Assembly: GCF_001194135.2 (NCBI RefSeq)
Contig: NC_069003.1
Location: forward strand, 26,551,961 to 26,593,866
Length of the DNA stretch: 41,906 nt
Source of the DNA: Octopus bimaculoides
Taxonomy: Eukaryota
Direction: 5' to 3'
The notes under the pieces are model-generated. The model was not told where the DNA came from. It did not search any database and saw only the letters and a program-made list of their open reading frames with translations. A program made the position numbers and the translations under genes. Positions 35,415 to 41,906 of the stretch are shown here, one piece after another. Position 1 is the stretch's first letter. Every line of letters starts with the position of its first letter.

Positions 35415-35516
35415 CAGTGTACATTTAAACACATAAGAGAGATGTCCATAATAGGACATCTGATCTGCTAGAAGGAGTTAGATGGACATCTCTCTTATGT
35501 GTTTAAATGTACACTG
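35415..35516. mobile_element. Tc1/mariner-type fold-back MITE with perfect long TIRs
   Basis: TA|CAGTGTAC...GTACACTG|TA; arms 35412-35449 and 35482-35519 are exact reverse complements. Confidence 0.7.
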
Positions 35517-35521
35517 TATAT

Positions 35522-35680
35522 ATAATACCTCACTTTACAAGGACCTGTTTTACGAGACCCCAGCCATTTTGTGTGTGTGTGTGTGTGTGTGGAAACATCG
35601 CAACATGGAGCAACACTGGTTCTGACGCATCTACATAGCTGCATATAGTGACAGAGTAAAATGACGGCATAAAATATCAT
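35522..35680 (+). mobile_element. Truncated second copy of the 37725 MITE
   Basis: AATACCTCACTTTACAAGGACCTG...GACGGCATAAAATATCATT is nearly identical to about 37728-37876. Confidence 0.75.
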
Positions 35681-35753
35681 TTTATATATATATAGAGAGA
35701 GTTATAAAAGTTAATGCTCTGTCTCCATCATCCATCTCTCCCTCTTTCTCTAG

Positions 35754-35959
35754 GCTGACTGTACACTGAGAGAAGCGACAATTGTTGCCAGCATCCTGAT
35801 CAAGTATTCTGTCCCGATGCTTCACGCAGCCGCTGCAATGCTCAAGCTAGCTGAGATGAACTATAATGGTGGTACGTCCATCTTCCTCAGAGCTCTCCTT
35901 GATAAGAAATATGCTCTTCCATATCGTGTCATTGATGGAATTGTTTACCACTTCCTTGG
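35754..35959 (+). CDS. BYSL: Bystin exon 9 ([11 protein letters not shown]...[14 protein letters not shown]...HFL)
   Basis: Acceptor tttctctag, donor GG|GTGAGT. Hallmark CTLREA and [10 protein letters not shown] motifs. Confidence 0.96.
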
Positions 35960-36099
35960 GTGAGTAAAAATTCTTTCTTTGTTTCTTTGATATATTTGCC
36001 ATTCTGCCAACACCACCAAATCCAAGCGTAACTTTAGATTTCTTGCATGAATCATTTGAGTGATAAAATATCAATGTTACAGTTCTATATTTAAGAGAT

Positions 36100-36227
36100 G
36101 AGGAATTATATACATTATTTGCATTCGATGGATATTTGTCCTCATCTTGTTTGTTGTTAACACAACGTTTCAACTGATATACCCTCCGGCCTTCATCAGG
36201 TGTCTTGGGTAAATTTCGAACCTGGGT
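36100..36227 (-). mobile_element. Same hammerhead-bearing dispersed repeat, copy 2
   Basis: Reverse complement reads ACCCAGGTTCGAAATTT...GACACCTGATGAAGGC...GAAACGTTGTGTTAACAAC...GATGAGGACAAATATCC. Confidence 0.6.
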
Positions 36228-36313
36228 GGTCTGGTCCCTGGTTACATGCATACACACTGGGATAGTGTGATCCACAGCAGCTCATCTTGCCATTGATTGT
36301 CGACCATTGCAGA

Positions 36314-37094
36314 GGATTCACTAACCAAGTCATTCACTAGTCAACCAAGGATTCACTAACCAAGTCATTCACTAGTCAACCAAGGATTCACTAACCAAGT
36401 CGTTCACTAGTCGACCAAGGATTCACTAACCAAGTCGTTCACTAGTCGACCAAGGATTCACTAACCAAGTCGTTCACTAGTCGACCAAGGATTCACTAAC
36501 CAAGTCGTTCACTAGTNNNNNNNNNNNNNNNNNNNNNNNNNNNNNNNNNNNNNNNNNNNNNNNNNNNNNNNNNNNNNNNNNNNNNNNNNNNNNNNNNNNN
36601 NNNNNNNNNNNNNNNNNNNNNNNNNNNNNNNNNNNNNNNNNNNNNNNNNNNNNNNNNNNNNNNNNNNNNNNNNNNNNNNNNNNNNNNNNNNNNNNNNNNN
36701 NNNNNNNNNNNNNNNNNNNNNNNNNNNNNNNNNNNNNNNNNNNNNNNNNNNNNNNNNNNNNNNNNNNNNNNNNNNNNNNNNNNNNNNNNNNNNNNNNNNN
36801 NNNNNNNNNNNNNNNNNNNNCACTAGTCGACCAAGGATTCACTAACCAAGTCGTTCACTAGTCAACCAAGGATTCACTAACCAAGTCATTCACTAGTCGA
36901 CCAAGGATTCACTAACCAAGTCATTCACTAGTCGACCAAGGATTCACTAACCAAGTCATTCACTAGTCAACCATGGATTCACTAACCAAGTCATTCACTA
37001 TTCGACCAAGGATTCACTAACCAAGTCGTTCACTAGTCGACCAAGGATTCACTAACCAAGTCGTTCACTAGTCAACCATGGATTCACTAACCAA
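36314..37094. repeat. 35-bp minisatellite GGATTCACTAACCAAGTC(A/G)TTCACTAGTC(A/G)ACCAA, about 14 visible copies plus a gap
   Basis: Exact 35-bp period (36314, 36349, 36384...); no spacers. Confidence 0.95.
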
Positions 37095-37257
37095 TTATCA
37101 GAGTAGGTGTAGTCAGAGTTTGAAGCAGGTTCTAGAGACGTGCTTTAACAAAAGCTAAGAGATACCTCACACCGGACACCAACCCAGAATTTCTAAGGGC
37201 CCTTGCCGTATATTTTTGTGTGTATGTGTCTCCTTGTTTTGATATTGTGTGATAGTG

Positions 37258-37527
37258 CCGCTGGACTGGCTCCCGTGCAGGTGGCACATAAAAAACACCT
37301 TTTTGAGCGTGGCCGTTGCCAGTACCGTATGACTGGCCCTCGTGCCGGTGGCATGTAAAAGCACCCACTACACTCTCGGAGTGGTTGGCGTTAAGACGGG
37401 CATCCAGCCGTAGAAACTCTGCCAGATCAGATTGGAGCCTGGTGCAGCCTTCTGGCTTGCCAGTCCTCAGTCAAATCGTCCAACCCATGCTAGCATGGAA
37501 GGCAGACGTTAAACGACGATGATGATA
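37258..37527 (+). mobile_element. SINE-like family C
   Basis: Homologous to the other family C copies; (GAT)n tail. Confidence 0.85.
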
Positions 37528-37724
37528 TTCTCCATCATAAAAACACTGTCATTTATTTCCAGTCTACCATGAAAACATGTCTCATCATGGGGAAATATTA
37601 CCTTGTTACATTGTTTGAATACAAGTGAAGGATATTGAAGAGGAGGCTGTAGAAAACTAGCCTCAACAAATTCCATCCGACTCATGCAAATGCATAAAAG
37701 TGGACGTTAAAAGAATGTCGAATA

Positions 37725-37954
37725 CAGTAATACCTCACTTTACAAGGACCTGTTTTACCAGACCCCAGCCATTTTGTGTGTGTGTGGAAACGTCGCAACA
37801 TGGGGCAACACTGGTTCTGACGCGTCTACATAGCTGCATATAGCGACAGAGTAAAATGACGGCATAAAATATCATTGCTACTACGAGGAATTATTTACTC
37901 TGCTTTACGAGCGGTCTTCAGGAACAAATGAACTCGTATATCGAGGCATTAATA
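37725..37954. mobile_element. Tc1/pogo-type MITE
   Basis: TA|CAGTAATACCTC ... GAGGCATTAATA|TA; near-identical truncated copy at about 35522-35680. Confidence 0.65.
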
Positions 37955-38004
37955 TACTATAATTATTACTTGAACGAATTGTCTCCCTTAGACCTTATTT
38001 GTAA

Positions 38005-38200
38005 TTCTTTTCCACTCTAGGCACAAGGCCCAAAATTTTGTGGGGAGGGGGCCAGTCGATTAGATCGACCCTAGTACGCAACTGGTACTTAATTTATCGA
38101 TCCCCGAAAGGATGAAAGGCAAAGTCGACCTCGGCAGAATTTGAACTCAGAAACCTAGTGATAGACGAAATACTGCTAACGTTTCTGCCAGCTCGCCACC
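38005..38200 (-). mobile_element. SINE family B
   Basis: Homologous to 20925-21145 in reverse. Confidence 0.85.
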
Positions 38201-38243
38201 TTCAGATGCACGAAATAATGCAAATTAATTATAATTACAAACT

Positions 38244-38985
38244 TGTTACCAGCTCGAATATGCTTAGGGCATAATCGAACCCGCAAGAAAGCCATTCACT
38301 GCGTTTTGTCATAGAGGAGATAACTTCCTGTAATCAGACAGGTGTAAACACATTGAATCAGCCTACAGCACCACCTGACCAGACAGTGGGATGCATGCGT
38401 TTTGGAGTGAGTGGTATATCTCGTCTTCAGCCACAGAAACCAGAGAGCACTGCAAGTTGACACGAGAGACAATATCTCTCTTTTGATATTCCCGTCATCA
38501 TTCAGTAACAGGCTGCACTATTTAGCAACTCACCATAAATAAAGTAAATGCGATGTTATTACCAGTTCAAATATTCTTGTGACACGTTTGGACTGGTAAA
38601 TAAGCCATTCACTGTATTTTGTCATGGAGAAAAGTTCTCGCTGTAGACAGAATGGTGTAAATACACCTAAATTAGTTCGGAGCTCCACCTATCTAGACTG
38701 TGAGATGCAAGCATTTCGGAGGGGTTATCTCCTCTTTGGTCACAGACACTAGGCAGGGAATACTGTAAACTGATAAAAGAGATTGTTTCTCTTGTGCTAT
38801 TTCAATCACCATACGGTGACTAATTAGTGCTGTGTGCCAGCTAACTGTAAGCAAATTATGGAGTGGGGAACGCTAAGCAGTGATGCGTATAAATGCAATG
38901 TTACGACAATTTAAAAAATGCATGTGGCACATTTGGACTGGTAAATAAGCCATTCACTGTGTTTTGTCATGGAGAAAAGTTCTCG
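38244..38985. repeat. Diverged tandem repeat with unit of about 315-345 bp (about 2.3 copies)
   Basis: AAGCCATTCACTG..TTTTGTCAT anchor at about 38289, 38602 and 38947, with colinear similarity downstream. Confidence 0.75.
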
Positions 38986-39790
38986 ATCATCATCATCATC
39001 ATCGTTTAACGTCCGCTTTCCATGCTGGCATGGGTTGGACGGTTTGACTGGGGACTGGTGAGCCAGATGGCTGCACCAGGCTCCAGTCTGATCTGGCAGA
39101 GTTTCTACAGCTGGATGCCCTTCCTAACGCCAACCACTCCGAGAGTGTAGTGGGTGCTTTTACGTTCCACCGGCACGAGGGCCAGTCATACGGTACTGGC
39201 AACAGCCATGCTCCCTCTTCCATCAGTGTAATATTTCCATGGAACCCCAGTTTCTAAACTTGCTTTCAAACACATCTTTCTCTCTATTATGTCAAAAGCA
39301 GGTCTCAGTCAAAATTAGAGCTAATACAGAAAGAGTTATATACCTTACTCAAGTTATGTCTCTTACAGCTCAACACACTTATTATAGTGAAAGCTCTGCT
39401 CAATGAGTACGGCTCAACACAATGGGTGTAGTGTCTTACTCAATAAGCCCAGCTCAATATAGTCATCATCATCATCATTTAACATCCGCTTTCCATGCTA
39501 GCATGGGCTGGACGATTTGACTGGGGACTGGCGAACCAGATGGCTACACCAGACTCCAATCTCATCTGGCAGAGTTTCTACAGCTGGACGCCCTTCCTAA
39601 CGCCAACCACTCCAAGAGTGTAGTGGGTTCTTTTTACGTGCCACCAGCACAAGGGCCAGTCACACGGTACTGGCAACGGCCACACTCAAATGGTGTATTT
39701 TACGTGCCACCTGCACAGGAATCAGTCCAATGTTTTGTTCACTTGCCACCGGCACAAGTGCCAGTAAGGCAAAGCTGGAAACAATCGCAC
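38986..39790 (-). mobile_element. Two SINE-like family C copies (about 38986-39210 and 39464-39790); another minus fragment at about 33248-33335
   Basis: Reverse complement of family C with (CAT)n at the left end. Confidence 0.85.
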
Positions 39791-40135
39791 TCTAATAAAT
39801 GTCCGACTCAGTATGGATACTGGCCAACACAAGTGTAATGTCTTACTCAATAAGTATGGATCAATACAGTTGCTATACTAAGAGCCCTACTCAATGAGTA
39901 CAGCTCAACACAATGGGTATAGTGTCCTACTCAATATGAGTACAGCCTAATACAAAACTATAGTGTCTTACTTAATGAGTACAGCTCAACTCAATGGCTA
40001 TTGTGTCTTAGTCAATAAGCATGGCTCAACACTGTTGCTATAGAAAGAGCTCTACTCAATGAGTACAGCTCAACTCTGGTTATTGTGTCTTAGCCAGTAA
40101 GCACAACTCAGTACTGTTGGTATAGTAAGTACTTG
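39330..40135. repeat. Diverged minisatellite of about 41-45 bp (TACTCAATGAGTACAGCTCAACACAATGG.TATAGTGTC), interrupted by a family C SINE
   Basis: Recurrent CTCAATGAGTACAGCTCAAC and CTCAATAAG variants. Confidence 0.85.
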
Positions 40136-40259
40136 TTGAGTAGAGACTAATATAATGGCTATTCTTTTACTCTTTTACTTGTTTCAGTCCTTTGACTGTG
40201 GCCATCTTAATATTTAGTATCAGATAAAGTTGTATAAAAAATGATTTTTGGTAATAAAT

Positions 40260-40679
40260 TAGCCATCTACACTTTTCTCTGCAAAATAGGGATAGTTTAT
40301 CCTGTTCAGGCTATATTATTACCATTATTCTGCGATTGAGAATTTAAAATCACTTCTTTAACTTTCTAAAAGACATCTCAATGCTTCTAAAAGCAAACTT
40401 CGTTTGTTTATTTACGTTTGTCGTAATTTGAATTTAACATATGAGTGTGTCTCATAAAGCGAGATTTATATATCTTAATTTGCAGAGGAATTTGTAGTGG
40501 GTAGTTTAGCTTAATCGGTCAAAGCATAGTGACATGTAATCACGGGGATGTGAGTTTGAGTTCACAGCTAGCCACCTACACTTTTCTCTGCAAAATAGGG
40601 ATAGTTTATCCTGTTCAGGCTATATTATTAGCATTATTCTGCGATTAAGAATTTAAAATCACTTCTTTAACTTTCTAAA
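40260..40679 (+). repeat. 111-bp direct repeats (40260-40370 and 40569-40679)
   Basis: Three mismatches over 111 bp; offset 309 bp. Confidence 0.9.
40500..40574 (+). pseudogene. Degenerate tRNA-like sequence (anticodon loop CA-TGT-AA, Thr-like) or isolated SINE head
   Basis: GGTAGTT-TA-GCTT-AATCGGTCA-AAGC D arm, GTGA-CATGTAA-TCAC anticodon arm, GTGAG-TTTGAGT-TCAC T arm, and TTTT about 7 nt downstream; indels and mismatches present. Confidence 0.45.
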
Positions 40680-40741
40680 TACAAAAAATTTGGGCACTAA
40701 TGGGTTATCTTTAATGTTATTTTTCGTCAATTTAATTTCAG

Positions 40742-40967
40742 ATTCTCCCGAGAACAGCGTCGATTGCCCGTTCTGTGGCACCAGTCTTTCCTAACGTTTG
40801 TTCAGCGCTACAAAGAGAATGTCTCCAGTGAACAAAAGGAATCATTGCTCGAAGTATTGAAGGTTCACAACCACGCAGAAATTACACCAGACATTCGGTG
40901 GGAACTTCTCAATTCCAAGTGTCGGGATGATGTCAAAGAGGAACCCGCAACAATGGATGTTCAGTGA
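40742..40967 (+). CDS. BYSL: Bystin exon 10, terminal (FSREQRRLPVLWHQSFLTFVQRYK...TMDVQ*)
   Basis: Acceptor aatttcag at 40741, phase 2 completed, LPVLWHQ.LL.FVQRYK motif, stop TGA 40965-40967. Confidence 0.95.
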
Positions 40968-40994
40968 TTACTGAAGAATGGTTGATAGTTTGTA

Positions 40995-41000
40995 AATAAA
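40995..41000 (+). terminator. Candidate polyadenylation signal AATAAA of bystin
   Basis: First AATAAA after the stop codon, followed by a GT/T-rich tract at about 41030-41055. Confidence 0.5.
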
Positions 41001-41484
41001 CATGGACAAAAATTGGAACTATATATGTTCTTGGGTTTTTTTTGTTTTTGTTTTCTTTCATCGTCATCATCATTACCGTCATCAGTCGATAAGCGCTTTT
41101 ATGTAGTTGCTCAACTTGCTGGAAATAGGAGCCAAATCTCTTACAAAACACATTCACAATTAAATAGGCTAGTCTTTAGGGTTTTGGCACGATTTCTATA
41201 GCTGGGTATCCCCTTCCTAATGCTGATCACATTACAGAGTGTATTGAGTGCTTCTTACATGGCACCATCATCTGTGCTTTTTATGTGGCATCAGCACCAG
41301 TGCTGTTTGGGTGCTGGGAGTGAAATGTGGGTGGGTGAGGGAGAAGATTGACACTGCTTGTAGGATGGTGACACTTATTAACAAATATTATGCAATGTCA
41401 AGACAACGATATACAAACGAAACACACACATACACATGTGCATGCATACATACATACATACACACACACACATATATGTATATA

Positions 41485-41655
41485 TATGTATGACAACCTT
41501 CTTCCAATTTCCTCTGCCAAATCCACCCACAAGGCTTTGGTTGGCCTGAGGCTGCAGTGGAAGACACCTGCTCAAAGTTCCACACAGTGGGACTGAACCC
41601 ATAACCATGTGGTTAGTTTGGAAGCAAACTTCTTAACACACAGCCATGCTTGCAC
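41485..41655 (-). mobile_element. SINE family A 5' half (other fragments at about 20465-20570, 27928-28065, 31085-31185, 32940-33040)
   Basis: CCAAATCCACCCACAAGGC...GGGACTGAACCC...CACACAGCCA. Confidence 0.75.
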
Positions 41656-41683
41656 ATATGCACATTTCTTATGTGTATGTATG

Positions 41684-41731
<48 letters not shown>

Positions 41732-41835
41732 TATGTATGTATATGTATTACCCATGCATGCATGGAAGATGGATGTTAAACGATAGATATGTATATGTGT
41801 ATATATATATATATATGTGTGTATATATATATATA

Positions 41836-41881
<46 letters not shown>

Positions 41882-41906
41882 CATGTATATATATATATAT
41901 ATATAT

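Noticed and set aside
36314-37094. CRISPR-like appearance of a 35-bp repeat with palindromic parts
   Set aside because: Units are directly adjacent with no unique spacers, there are no cas genes, and it lies in a eukaryotic intron.

Overview
AT-rich eukaryotic (metazoan) genomic DNA, dense in microsatellites, with seven N-gaps (1112-1517, 3979-4707, 12526-12687, 23448-23629, 26274-26671, 33388-33921, 36517-36820). The SINE families and repeat style point to an Octopus assembly (inference). Two protein-coding genes sit head-to-head. (1) On the - strand is the 5' end of pumilio: first coding exon 6216->5866 with the SQDDAxVGYFFQR and KRW..GD motifs; the rest of the gene must lie left of the window or in gaps. 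(2) On the + strand is an almost complete bystin (BYSL/ENP1) gene, 23896-40967. Nine exons are visible with consistent GT-AG splice sites and phases, and one exon is missing, probably in the 33388-33921 gap. The rest is mostly transposon-derived: several SINE families, R4/Dong-like, RTE-like and CRE-like LINE fragments, mariner/Tc1, hAT and piggyBac-like MITEs (including a triple nest with target-site duplications), and minisatellites. The most notable unexplained signals are a dispersed repeat carrying a minimal type I hammerhead-ribozyme motif (two copies in bystin introns), several long hairpins, a coupled uORF arrangement at the pumilio start, a tRNA-like element between 111-bp direct repeats, and extensive inverted-repeat dsRNA potential in the bystin pre-mRNA. 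No CRISPR array or prokaryotic system is supported. SINE and LINE boundaries are approximate; exon and TIR coordinates were counted by hand.
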